DNA of 64,000 nucleotides from Eledone cirrhosa (Eukaryota): assembly GCA_964016885.1 (NCBI GenBank), contig OZ024746.1:22568001-22632000 (forward strand), read 5' to 3'. Below are positions 12,961 to 26,716 of this stretch, piece after piece (position 1 is the first letter of the stretch; each line of letters begins with the position of its first letter). The notes under the pieces are model-generated. The model saw only the letters and a program-made list of their open reading frames with translations, ran no database searches and was not told the origin of the DNA. The position numbers and the translations under genes are program-made.

Positions 12961-13956
12961 TTTAGAATAATGTGAGTTAACCCTAATATATATTTTTTCT
13001 AATAGCCATATTAAATATTTTTGAGGTCATTTCTGTTGTTGAAAACATTGAAAATAATGGTTTGTAATTTAGGCACAAGGCCAGCAATTTTTGCGGGAAG
13101 GGAAAGTCGATTATACCAACCTCAGTACTTTAATGGTACTTTATTTTACCAACCTTGGAAAGATGAATATTGCGGAAATATCCATACATATATAAGATTG
13201 GTATTAATAATATGTGCATGGCCAGTGCTACCATTAAGGCCATAGGCAGCTGCCTAAGGTGCAGAACTTACAAAGGTACATTGCAGAGTGACTGGATATG
13301 TATGTATGGTCCCATAACTCATGAGGCAGTTATAGTGGCACTGTATTGATATACAGTGTTTCTAGAACATTTTTTAAACCTGGCAGAGCACAGCTCCTCT
13401 ACAGGTCTGATTACAGCAGATTTCTTCTAGAGAAGGATAGAAAGTGAGAGAGATATAAAGGAAGAATGAACCCCAGTATTTGACTGGTACTTTTTTTTAT
13501 CAACCTTGAATAGATGAAAGGTAAAGTTGACCTTGGCAGGATTTGAACTCAGAGAGTAATGAGCCAAAACAAATTACCACAAAGCATGCTATCTGATGAT
13601 CCAACGATTCTGCCAATTTACTGCCTAGAGACTTAAGTAAGACTTAGACTCTGCATTTCTAAAGACTCAAGACTCTAGAAATGCGGAGTCTAACATTCAC
13701 CATAATATTATACCGCTGTCTGTTAATGACCTCATCAGGGCTTCCACTATGACCCAGGAAGATATTAAGTATCTAGCAGTTTAGAATCTAACTCTTTCAT
13801 TATTATGCACTGATATATTCAGACTAGTGTCCTCATTTTTACAACCACATAGTTCAGTCGCATTGCGTGACACCTTGGGAAAGTGTCTTCTACTACAGCC
13901 TCATGTTGACCAATGCTTTCTGAGTGGAATTTGCTTGATTGAAATTGTGAGGAAGG

Positions 13957-13999
<43 letters not shown>

Positions 14000-14016
14000 T
14001 GAATTTTACTTGCCTT

Positions 14017-14058
<42 letters not shown>

Positions 14059-14123
14059 ATTATTGTCTGTGATCCTGTGATAAACTTCAGAGTAGCAAGA
14101 CTCACTATTTAACCTTAATAAAA

Positions 14124-14178
<55 letters not shown>

Positions 14179-14459
14179 TCCAAACATAAAAACTACTGCA
14201 GTCAATATCATCAACTAAATCCATTGAATGTGGTGCCCCAACATAGGTACTGTCTAATGAGGGGAATCAGTAAAAAGACAAAGAATATAGATATATAAAT
14301 ATATATAGAAATGTTTATTTGTTCAGCTCTTAATAATTCTTACCCATCTCACCTTTTCTCAATTATAATTGTTATAATACATATTCATTACTTCATTATT
14401 ACACTCATATTTTTCATCCATTCGGTGTTGACTATATATTATATGTATGTATGTATGTA

Positions 14460-14504
<45 letters not shown>

Positions 14505-14760
14505 GTGTATATATATGTCTGTGTGTGTATGAGTGTATGCAGGTGTGTATGTATAAATTTATACATCTATGTATGTATGTATAATGGTAATATATTCAAT
14601 TGATACACTTTTCAACCAATAATATTGGTTTTCTGGTTGCCAAGTCAGAAGAATTTATTCAAAATTTTTAAGAACACATTTTATTTTTGTCCCCAGTTGA
14701 AGTGATTTCTTTTATTTCCATGAACGTAAGCATCACTCAGTTGTCAAAGTATACAACATA

Positions 14761-15060
14761 TCAACTGTTTATACATATTGAGAGAATATTAGTGACAGAA
14801 GTGGACCTGGTCTTAAAACCAGCCTGAGTATCCTGTTGACATTCACAAAACAGACTGCTGAGGCCGAGAGGTGTGTTTTCCCTGCTCAGCCAAGACATGT
14901 TCCATTTTAACTTCCATATTTGTGCAGAGGTTATGACTTCAGTTTTCTTTGATGTTTTTGCAGCTGTGTTTTTTTTTTCTTGTAACCAATCCTGTGGTCC
15001 CCAGGGCATTGCTCTCAGTTTGCTTCTTATTTCTGTTATATCAGCAGATCTCAACATGTT
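14761..15060 (-). CDS. RGS22: RGS22-like terminal exon (NMLRSADIT...ICINS*)
   Basis: ctaac branch-like motif and catacag acceptor; phase-0 frame open to TGA; AATAAA on minus strand at 14711-14716. Confidence 0.7.
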   Translation of the reverse strand, partial: NMLRSADITEIRSKLRAMPWGPQDWLQEKKNTAAKTSKKTEVITSAQIWKLKWNMSWLSRENTPLGLSSLFCECQQDTQAGFKTRSTSVTNILSICINS

Positions 15061-15179
15061 CTGTATGTTGTAGGAGTTAGTGTGTCAAAATGTAAAGCAT
15101 TTGAACTGTTTATTGGTGGTGAGGGAATATTACCGATATATATCTGCAGGATCAATCAAACAATCAATACATATATATA

Positions 15180-15210
<31 letters not shown>

Positions 15211-18200
15211 GGATGTATGTATACAGATGTCCTGTCTATTTCAGATGTTCAATAGGTAGTATAAATCAGTTGAATTAAGCAGTGAGCCATAGAGAACTAG
15301 AAATAGATTAAATAAATTTGAAAAAAGTGACAATATATAAACTGTTTCCATAGTAACATTTGACTGGCAATAAATAAAACAAAAACAAGCATTTGAAAAC
15401 CATTTTTCTTGATAAAACAGCAGTTAACATTGAAGCTCCTATGGTAAGCTTCATATCTATCATAGAGATCTTGTTTGAAGCAATGTTTTATGGGTGGATA
15501 CCCTTCCTAACGTTAACCCTTTTACTTATGACATTCAGGAATATGTTGTGTCTATTATAAACTGAATACACACAGTTTAAATAAACAAATAAATAAATAT
15601 ACAATGAAAATAGAAATAAAAGAAAACATAAATATATGGTCAGTATCCTCTTTATTTCTTAAATGAACCATTAACAGTTATGTTGCTAAAACAGTGTAAA
15701 TAATGAAAGCCACTTTTTTCTTACTTAGATATATTCTCAACATCTCTTTATACTTATCTAATATTATGTAATAATATATGATGCAGATAATGTATGAAGG
15801 TTAGAGAGAAATAAGGCTAGCAGCATTCTCCAATTGACACATAATGTTATGTGCAAGAATGATGAAGTACAGATGAATTGAAGGGGAACCTGGGCCTAAG
15901 AGGTATCAAATGTACTGTACATAAGAGAGTGGAGGTGTGTGGCCTCATGGTAAGGGTGTTGGACTTACGATCATGATGTAGTGGGTTTGATTCCTGGATT
16001 GGGTTGTGTGTTGTGTTCTTGAGCAAAACACTTCATTTCATGTTGCTCCAGTATACACTAAACCTCACAGAGGAGATAATGAAGGAATACAAGAAGAGGA
16101 GGAATGTTGTGCTGGAGATTACCTGTCCAACCTAGCAGGGAAAAGTGGACTTAAAAAGGATAATGATGATGAGGAAATTTTAACCATATAAATATGTGAT
16201 TGAACTACTTTGTAACAGTTGAACAACACTTAAGTTAGAGATTTAATTAAATATTTATTAACGATTCTCTTTGCTTATGAGACAATCAATATGTCCTTGA
16301 GATGATCACACGAGGCCTCATAAAGTGATGAGTTAACACACTCTTGGGTTCAGATATAACTTTGTGGTTTAAGGGTTCACTTTACACCCCTGTGGTGGTT
16401 ACTTTTTGAGTGCAATTTAGTAGATAGGAAGTCCAGAAACCTGTTATCTATGTATAACAGCATCATCATAATCATCATTATTTTATGTCTGATAGGGCGG
16501 TGGATTGGCAGTATCGGTAGAGAGTCGGACGCCATGCTTTCCAGCATAGTTACGTCCCTTTACGATCTGAGTTCAAATCCCGCCGAGGTTGACTTTGCCT
16601 TTCATCCTTACGGGGTCGATAAAATAAAGTACCAGTAATGAACTGGGTAATTGCTGGCCTTGTGCCTAAAGTAGAAACAATTATTTTATGTCTGTACATT
16701 AACAGTATTGGTAGAACGTCAGATAACATGCTTTGTGACATAAAGTAATTTCTGTTTTCCCTGCTAGCAAGGGTTCAATGGGTTTACAGTTGTGACTTAG
16801 TTTATGTAGACTCATCCAACCCTTGCTAGCAGGGAAAACAGATGATAAAACCATGACGATGACGATGACGATGATGATGATGATGATGATGATGATGATA
16901 TGAGTGTGTGTGTGTATATCTTCTAGCAATGTATCTTGGTGTAAACAGTAACCAAGCTTTCCGATAAATAGAGATTGCTGAAATGAGTACCAAAGTGAAA
17001 TAAGTACTGAGGTTGATATGATTAACTAAAATGAAAAAAAAAAAATCATATTTACACTTACCCATAAAATGGTATAGTTCTATGAATTAACGGTTTTCTT
17101 TGGGGGCATTTCCAATGGCACAAATGGACGTAGGGAGGATATTGGCTGCCAACAGATATAAACATCATTATTATCATCATCATTTTATGTCCATTTTCCA
17201 TGCTAGCAGAGACTGGACAATTTATCACGGTCAGAAAGTTGACTGGTCAGAGAACCATACCTTGCTGTATACATTCCATACTTTGGCATGGTTTCTACAG
17301 CTGGATGTTCTTTCTAATGCCAACCACTTTTCTGAGTGTACTGGGTGCTTTTTTATCATGGCACCAACACTACCACTTTATAGAATATACTGGGTGCATT
17401 TTATCATGGTATCAGAACTACCACTTTACAGAGTGTACTGGGTGCATTTTATCATAGTACCAGTACTACCACTGTATAGAATATACTGGGTTTTATCATG
17501 TCACCACAAAGAAGTAGATGGATTTAATAGTAGTAGTAGTAGTGGTACTTACCCTCCATTTCACACCGTCAGCTAAACTATAACTGAGAACTTTCACAGT
17601 TCCCTGGGGAACAGATGGCAGAGTGATTTCTTTGGCAAAAGGTGACTCCTTGCTGGTTGTATCAACAGATTTGATCATTGCCTGGGGCTTGCTCTCCTCT
17701 AAAATATAACACAAGATTAACTCACGTCAGTTACTGTAGCAAAAGTACAAAACTAAAGTACAGATTTCATCATTATAACAACCAGTGCTAGTGCTACCAG
17801 CACTACCAGTTTACAGAGTGTACTGGGTGTATTTTATCATGGCACCAGCACTACCACTTTACAAAATGTACTGGGTGTATTTTAACATGTTATCAGCACT
17901 ATCATTTTACAGAGTGTATTGGGTATGTTTCATTATGGTACCAGCCCTACTAATTTACAGTGTACTGGGTACATTTTATAATGGCACAAACAATAACATT
18001 ATACAGAGTATATTGAGTGTATTTGATCATGGCACCAGCACTACCACTTTACAGAGTGTACTGTGTGTATTTTATCATGATACCAACACTAGTGAGGTTG
18101 TTATTTCCTTGATAAGATCAAAGGGTCCTCTCTACCCAGAAAAAATGAAATTTACAGTAGCTCACACCTAGGCAGGTTTAGCTAGTCTCCTCTGAAGCTG

Positions 18201-18525
18201 CATCTCAAAAGTGGTTTTAATTACAGGGGAGCCCAGTCTTATCATGAAAAGCAGCACGGAATGAAGCATCTTGTTCAAGAACACAATGTGCCACCTGGAC
18301 CAGAGATTGAACTAACAACCTTATGATTATAAGTCTAACTAAGTCCAACACTCTAACCATTAGGCTATGTGCCTAGGTTCTCCCAGCTCTTTCACCAACC
18401 ACTTGAGAGGGTCTACTATATATACACTGACATAGACACACATATTTATATATAATGTTTTCACTCTTATTTAAAAACCCATCTCTATTTACTTTTCTTT
18501 GCCCTTCTTATCTACTTCTATATAA

Positions 18526-18572
<47 letters not shown>

Positions 18573-18876
18573 ATAGTAGTAGTAGTAGTAGGAGCAGCAG
18601 TAGTAGTAGTAGTAGCAGCAGCAGTAGTAGTATACAGTAGTAGCAGCAGCAGTAGTAGTAGTAGTAGTAGTAGTAGTAATAGTAGCGCCTTACCTGAAAG
18701 CTCAGAGGGGTCGACTGTCCTGCGAAAGTTTACCCAGAACATTAACAACTCCTTAAATACATGAGCTTGAGCTTCATCAAATATGCTGCAACTTGTCTGT
18801 TTCTGGCTTAAAAATGGGTAACCAGCCTGTAATGTCCTTTGGTATATGTCATTAGGAATATCAATCTAACAATAAA

Positions 18877-18908
<32 letters not shown>

Positions 18909-19674
18909 ATGTATGTATGTATATATATGTATGTATGTTTATATATGTATGCATGTATATGTATGTATATATAATAATAATAATGAAATTATTGTGTACA
19001 GTGCTCAGGTGCACTACAACTCATCAAAGGTGCATGTATAGTACATAGAATAATGTACAAATGTCAGGAAAATGAACAGTGTATGAGTCATTATATAATA
19101 ATAATAACAATAATGAAATATTGTGTACAGTGCCCAGGTGCACCACAACTCATCAAAAAAGTGCATGTACAGTACATAGGGCAATGCACAAACATCAGTA
19201 AAATGAACAGTGCACGAGTCATGATACACACATGTGTGCATGTGTATGGAAGGGGTACATCAGGTGTAGTTTTGGCATATTTCGGGAAGCATGAGTGTCT
19301 TAAAGGATGCAGTGTCTCGGCAGCTAACAACTGACGCAGGCAGTTTGTTCCATGCTTCAGCAACTCTGAGCGTGAAAAAATGTAGTATGTATATATGTCC
19401 GTTTTTATATATATATATATATTTTTTTTTTCTCGTGCAATGGCCATACTCGATAACGAGGGGGCAGCCATCATGTATATATGTATGTAAAAAGTAAACA
19501 GAAATAACAACACAATTGGTACAGTATATGGAAGGGATATATTAGGTTAACGCTTGCTATAGCAGGAAGAGGGTCTTAACGTTTCGGACGCTAGTCCTTC
19601 ATCAGAAGAAAGAATGAGAAATAAGATAGATTGAAGGGACGGGCTATGTGTGTATATGTATGTGTATATATATG

Positions 19675-19715
<41 letters not shown>

Positions 19716-22700
19716 GTATGTGTGTTAAGTATTTCCGTGGAAAAGGTAAAGGAAAGAAGAGTGCTCTATGTATAGTACAGAGCTATTCAATTATATAATA
19801 AACAACACAATATTCCATTACCCAAGGTTTCACGAAGTTAGACGAATTCTAACAGAAACGTCTGATATCGCTCATCTGATAAAATCTTTATTATCTTTAT
19901 GTAATAAAGATTTTATTAGATGAGTGATATCAGACGTTTCTGTTAGAATCATCTAACTTTGTGAAAGCTTGGGTAATGGAATAATTATATTGTGTTCTTT
20001 ATTATATAATTAAATATATATATTAAATATATATATTAAATATATATATTGGCCTTGCAATCAAAAGGTTGTGAGTTCAATTCTCAGACCGGGTGATGTG
20101 TTGTTTCCTTGAGCAAGACACTTTATTTCACATTGCTCCAGTTTACTCAGCTGTAGAAATGAGATGATAGGGACCGGGGTCCCTATCATTCCACTGCAAA
20201 GTGGTCGTGGAGGTGCCACAGCAAAAAAGCACCCAGCACTCACTGTAAATGAGGTTGATGTTAGGTAGGGTATCCAGCTGTAGAAATCAAGCCAGAATCA
20301 GTTCCCGTCCCACCCTTGCAAGCAGGGAAAAAGCGGACGTAAAATGAAATGATGATGATGATGATAGGAAAAAAGTCAGGACCGCGACGGCTGAGCTCCA
20401 GCCGTTTCGACAGCTATTTCTGAACTATATATATAAATATGTGGTAAGGGTGTTGGACTTATGATTATAATGTAGTGGGTTCAATCTCTGGACTGGGTTG
20501 TGTGCTGTGTTCTTGAGTAAAACACTTCATTTTTCACGTTGTTCCAGTATATTCAACTAAAAACGAGTACCAGTAATAGCTGAGGGTTTATCTTTGTGAT
20601 TGACTGGCATCCTGTCCAGGGGGTAGTCTTGAATGCTCTGTCACCTCATGTTACGAACACGAAGATAAGCACTGGCCTGATGAATCTCAGGGCTTGAGAC
20701 AGACTTCAACTCTTATTAATAACTGCATTATTTCTTTCCAGGGACTATGTTTGAAAATAAACCTCATTTGGTCATTCCATGAGAGTATCTTGGTCAGTCT
20801 ATGAACTTTTCAGCTTTGAGCTTTTCAGTCAACCCTCATATCATCATCATCATCATCATATGTATGTAATAATTTCCTGTGGTCAATAAATAAATTGCTA
20901 AACATTTTTGGTGTATAGCAACATTGTACTATACACCAAAAATTGGATTGTGTAGTGTTATGACCTGATATGATTTTGGCATGAGTGAGTGTGGACCGTG
21001 TAGTGAAATATACAGGCTTAGTAGTGTTTTTAGTGTGGTCAGAGAGAAATGTGTCAAAAGCAAGGTTTATTAGCTTAACAAATTGTAAGTTGAAATTATT
21101 TTATTGGTTAAACTAGGCAAGAGAATAAATTTACTACTAATGATGAAGATGTTTGACTAAAATTGATGATGGTGAAGATGGTAATGATGATGGTGGTTGT
21201 AATGATCGTGATGATAATGTTACTGATGGTGGTGATGTCAATGATCAAGATGATGATGATGGTATGATGGTGATTTTAAACATTGATGTTGAAGCTACAA
21301 AAGAAAAATGGAAGATAAAATATATATAAATTTTTGCACCAATTATAATGATTAAGTTTGCTGAACTTACACAAACAGTTGGTGGTGTTTTAGAGTTTAG
21401 GTAGGATTCCAGAATATGTTGAGCTCTTCTCCTCAATACTTTTTCATTAACTGGTCCCTTGTAACTTTCCTTGAAATAAAAATGGAAACAAAGCAAGATA
21501 AACACATTAGCAACAATTATACAGGTAAATGCAATTGCAACTTGAGATATGACTGACCATTTATGGAGGGGAGGGGATGTTCAGACAAAGTATTCAGTGT
21601 AATTCTATAAATAGGAACTCCTCAAGATATTTCACAGGGTTACTATTTGGGGTGAGAAATATTTAGATAAAGCTATAAATTGGTTAAACATACAGAAAAA
21701 AAGCAGCATTAAAGGACTATAAATGTCATAAATGAGAGGAAAAGGAGGGGGAGAGCAAGGACTAACATGGAATACAGATATAAAATGATGAGGATGATGA
21801 TGGTGATGATTCTTACCTTTAACCTTAGAACATCAATGTAAAAGAGCAGGTCTTTGTCAACATAAGGCAACATATCATCATCAACATGTTTGGTGAGATA
21901 AATATGGAAATAAATTAGTTGAACACTCATCTGACCTATGCAACACTGATGAAGAATTGTTTGGAGTTCTTCCTGTTCTTCTTGGTTTGGTATAACATAA
22001 GGAACAGACTGGAATAACAGAGGTTTAATCATTGAGGAGGGCAATGGGCTGGAACAATAGACATTTTGGTGTTTAGAACATTAGACATTTTGGTGTTTAG
22101 GAAAGCAATGGGCTGGAACATTAGACATTTTGGTGTTTAGAAACGCAATGGGCTGGAACGAAGTCTTCCTGTGAACGTGACCTGGGCATTACGGTCAGCA
22201 GCGATTTGCGTTGGACGAGGCACGTCTCTAAAATTGTCAAGAGGGCCGAGAGTGTCTTAGCATCACTCAGCAAGACCTTTGTCAGCCGCTCTCCAGATAT
22301 CTATTTAAGGCTGTATACAGCTATGGTGCGACCACACTTAGAATTTCCATCACCAGTCTGGAATATATCTTGCTCAGGACATTGACCGCCTGGAAACTGT
22401 TCAGAGACGTGCAACCAAGCGAATACCCTCCATCAGGCATCTACCATACTCTGAGCGCCTTGCTTCCCTGGGCATGGATTCATTGAAGCTCCGACGCCTG
22501 GCAACTGACTTGGTAAACACCCACAAAATTGTTAACATGTTGCCAACAACAACCCTGAGTGCCTTTTCGATTTCCATGTGTCTAACACACGTGGACATGC
22601 CCACAAAGTAAGAAAACAGCACAGTTCCCATGACTTTCGGAAACATTTTTTCACGCTCAGAGTTGCTGAAGCATGGAACAAACTACCTGCATCAGTTGTT

Positions 22701-25700
22701 AGCTGTCGAGACACTGCATCCTTTAAGGCCTCCATGCTTCCCGAGATCCGCCAACACTACAGCTAACACATACAAACATGTACTTCCCTGACATTTGTGT
22801 ATTATTCTATGTACTATATTGACGAGTTGTAGTGCACCTGAGCACTTTACACAATAATTTCATTATTATTATTATTATTTAATAGAAGAAATTTGAACAT
22901 ATGAGCAAAGCTGGTCTTGAGCTGTGTCAACCCCTCCAAATCTTACCATCATGGTCACAGGTTTAAAATGATGATGATGATGATGATGATGATAGTAGAG
23001 GTAGTGGTGGTTATGATGATTTGACTGATACAACATAGATTGCAATATTTTGGCTCAATGGACTGGAAGTGTAGAAATTGTTATAGTTGTGAGAGCTGTA
23101 CTGTGTCAATAGAGATTTTAATGTTGCAATTAATAAATTAATTACACATAGCACAATGTATATATTGGGTCGTCTGAAATGTATAATACAAGTATAACTA
23201 CTACTTTTTAAATTACAAACCTTGCTGTGAATTGTAAACAAATGTAAACACATTTTTATATCCTTCCAGGAGCAGAAAATATGATATTTTCTAGATATTT
23301 TTCTGGACAGAAATATTAGCTCCATTGGTATATGTATTAACATAATCATGATCATCATCAAGGTTTAGTGGTTAGAGAATTGGATTCACAGTGTGAGGTT
23401 GTGAGTTTGATTCCCAGACTGGGTGATACATTATACCCTTGAGCAAGACACTTTATTTCATGTTGTTCTTTTTGCCAGAGTTGCAATTGGTAGATAGTAT
23501 CAGCAAAAGAAATATCAATGAAAACCTTGTTTCCTTGGTCCTATTTGATAAGTTCCACTCCACTTGGAAAGGAAATGTGGCTTGATCAATTCCATTGATC
23601 AAGTGATCTTTTATATCTGCTATCCATGCAGGTCATCACATTCAGAGTCAACAGGTCATCACATTCAGAGAACGAAATATGTTCCATATTTTGGCAAAGT
23701 TTCTATGGATGGATGCTCTTCCTAATTCCAACCACTTTACATTATTGTAATTCTTGTTGAGAGAAATTAGTTCTACTACTATACCTTTACTTTCTTACGT
23801 TGACTGGCAGTCTTTCTTGGTGCTTGAATAGTGTAGCTCTCTCTGTCTTTCTTTGTAAGTAAACCAACAAAATCTATTCTGTTCATATGTGATAATTCCA
23901 TCTCACCAACACCACATTCATCACACCGGGCCTGTTGATAATAGGAAAGAAGAGCATATTCCACTGAGCTATGACAAACAATTTTATTTTATAAAGAAAA
24001 ATGTATATAAGTTAACTAACGTTTATTGTCTGGTCGGGAAAGCAAGGGAGACAACTCCAACTGCTTTTTGAAATGTTTAAACTTGATCAGGTGAAACATT
24101 GTCTTTGTCATTGCTTGTTAGCACTGTTGTAGCTAACTTACTGAAATAGTCTATTTCTAAAGAATAAATGAATAAACAAACAGAAAAGGATATAGAGTAA
24201 TGAAATTAATTTATATTTTAATTATAAAGGGATGATTTGCCTATTTATGTAAATATTTTCTCTAACCCATGCTAGCGTGGAAGATAGACGTTAAACGATG
24301 ATGATGATGATGATGATGATGATGAATTATTGCATTTAGCATGGTTGTGAAGTAAACTCTTTAACTAAACAGTTATGCCTATGACAATATTCCTATATAC
24401 ATATTGAACTTTGTTTTATAGATATAATTCAAATTTCCTTGTTATATTCTAACTGGTCTACTTACCATTAAATAACTATTAAAAGCATCTTCCACTTTTC
24501 CTGCAATATGTTCCTGAAGTTTTGTCAGAATATCTAAGTCCAACGTATTCATGTCTTCCCCATCCATTAGCCGTACCTCACCATCTTCAAAGACACTCCT
24601 GGCATTTATTAATTTGTTTTCACTGAGACAGGCTCTAAACAAGAAAAGTAAATATTCAGTTAAGTTGAACAGAGATTACTAATAAAAAGAACAAATCAAA
24701 ATATTTGTTGTGACTATAAGGTGGTAAGTTGGTAGAAACATTAGAATACCAGATAGAATGCTTTGTGGTACAGGTTCCAGATATTTGAGTCCAAATTTCC
24801 ATGAAGTCAACACTTTGTTTTTCTTCTTTTGGGAGTTGTATATATTTATACATGTGTGTGTGTGTGTGTAAGTGTGTTGTGTGTGTGTCTGTATTTAGTG
24901 ATTCAACAAAATGAGATAGATAAAACGAGACATCATACATGAAAAATTAAATAATGGTTTCAATCTGATCAAATAAATCCATTCAAGGCAGTGGCCCAGC
25001 ATGATCGCAGTCTAAATGAAACCAGAGATTATTGTTTTGAAAGTCAAAGTCCTTACTCTTTTATTCCATTTACCAATTCTAACTTCATATCACTAACTGT
25101 GTATTTGGTGCTGCCAGAGTTAACAAGATTCTTCAATTGTTCAATGTCAGAGTATAATTTAACTACTGACACCATCTGGTAGCCATCTTGTACACCTTTC
25201 ACATATTTCTTGAAGGCTGTCATAATTCTAGAAAGCAAAATAGAAATTATAGAGACACACAAACCTTTAAGATATATATATATATATATATAATCTGAGT
25301 TTTTCAAATATTAATAATAACATTCGATTTGTTTGTAAAATTGCAAACGAATCAAATGTTATTATTAATATTAAAAAAACTCAGATTACATTTATTGTAT
25401 TCACCCATGTAGAGCGAAATTTATATATATATATAAGTATGTACACGTACATACATATATGTATACAGACGTACAGTAGTATGTATATATATACATACAT
25501 GCACACATATATATATATGTACGTATGGATTCACCAAACATTTATTATAATGCTCGGTGTGTTTGTAAACAAACATCCCGTATTAAGCCGTAGTGTCCAG
25601 CAACCATCGCTGCTCATTTGTTCAACACTGACAAAGGAACGCTGTACTAGTTTCAAGCTTATTAGCTATCGTCAGCAACGTATACCTTCCTGCCAGATTG

Positions 25701-26355
25701 TTGAACGTATATACTTACCTTATGCATATTAACGGCTGAGTAGCCCAATTTGCATATCAAGTGGGTTAATCGGCCGGGTGCACCGAAAACGATAAACGGA
25801 AAAAATGAAATGGGATGTTTGTTTACAAACACACCGAGCATTATAATAAATATACATACTACTTTATGTCTTAGTACTAAGAGTGGGAAATGAAATTTCG
25901 TTTCATTTTTTCCGTTTATCGTTTTCGGTGCACCCGGCCGATTAACCCACTCGATATGCAAATTGGGCTACTCAGCCGTTAATATGCATAAGGTAAGTAT
26001 ATACGTTCAACAATCTGGCAGGAGGGTATACGTTGCTGATGATAGCTAATAAGCTTGAAACTAGTACAGCGTTCCTTTGTCAGTGTTGAACAAACGAGCA
26101 ACGATGGTCATTTAGACTTGGCAAGCTATTTAGAACACTGGTTTGACAACTTTACTTCCCTCTGAAGAAGAGATATTATCTCGAAAATTTAGGACATTTA
26201 AATAAATCTAAGGTAAAAGACTAATTGTCAACAATATCTTTTGCATTTGCATTCTTTATTCTATGTCCATACCTGCATTGTTTTGGCTTTATTATACATA
26301 TACAAACGTTTATACCTCATTACACAATGCTTTAAGTGAACTATAACCTCCTCCC

Positions 26356-26386
<31 letters not shown>

Positions 26387-26661
26387 CACTTGCTACAAAG
26401 GGAGTCAGTTCCCTTTCTTGACCGGTGTATCACGTGGTAATTTCTCCCTCTACCTTTTGAGATTTTCTCACTTGCTACGAGTGTGTCTGGAAAGTGTTCT
26501 TTCCCTGAGGAGTTCCTTGAAAAGCTGGTGTGCCTCACAACAATATTGCACATCTATAATGTGCAATTGTTGCAAACTGACCAGCGAAACTGTACAGTCA
26601 AGACTTTGAAGAAAAACATATGTATATATCTGTGTCTATTACTTCTTATTTTATAATTTGT

Positions 26662-26716
<55 letters not shown>

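Noticed and set aside
16495-16590. tRNA gene
   Set aside because: A/B-box-like head runs into a SINE body present in many copies; no cloverleaf
17100-18171. ORFs with repeated LPLYRVYWVHFIM
   Set aside because: 48-bp minisatellite keeps frame by chance
20670-20710. CTGATGA in the SINE family B tail as a hammerhead
   Set aside because: No GAAA...UH half follows the short stem
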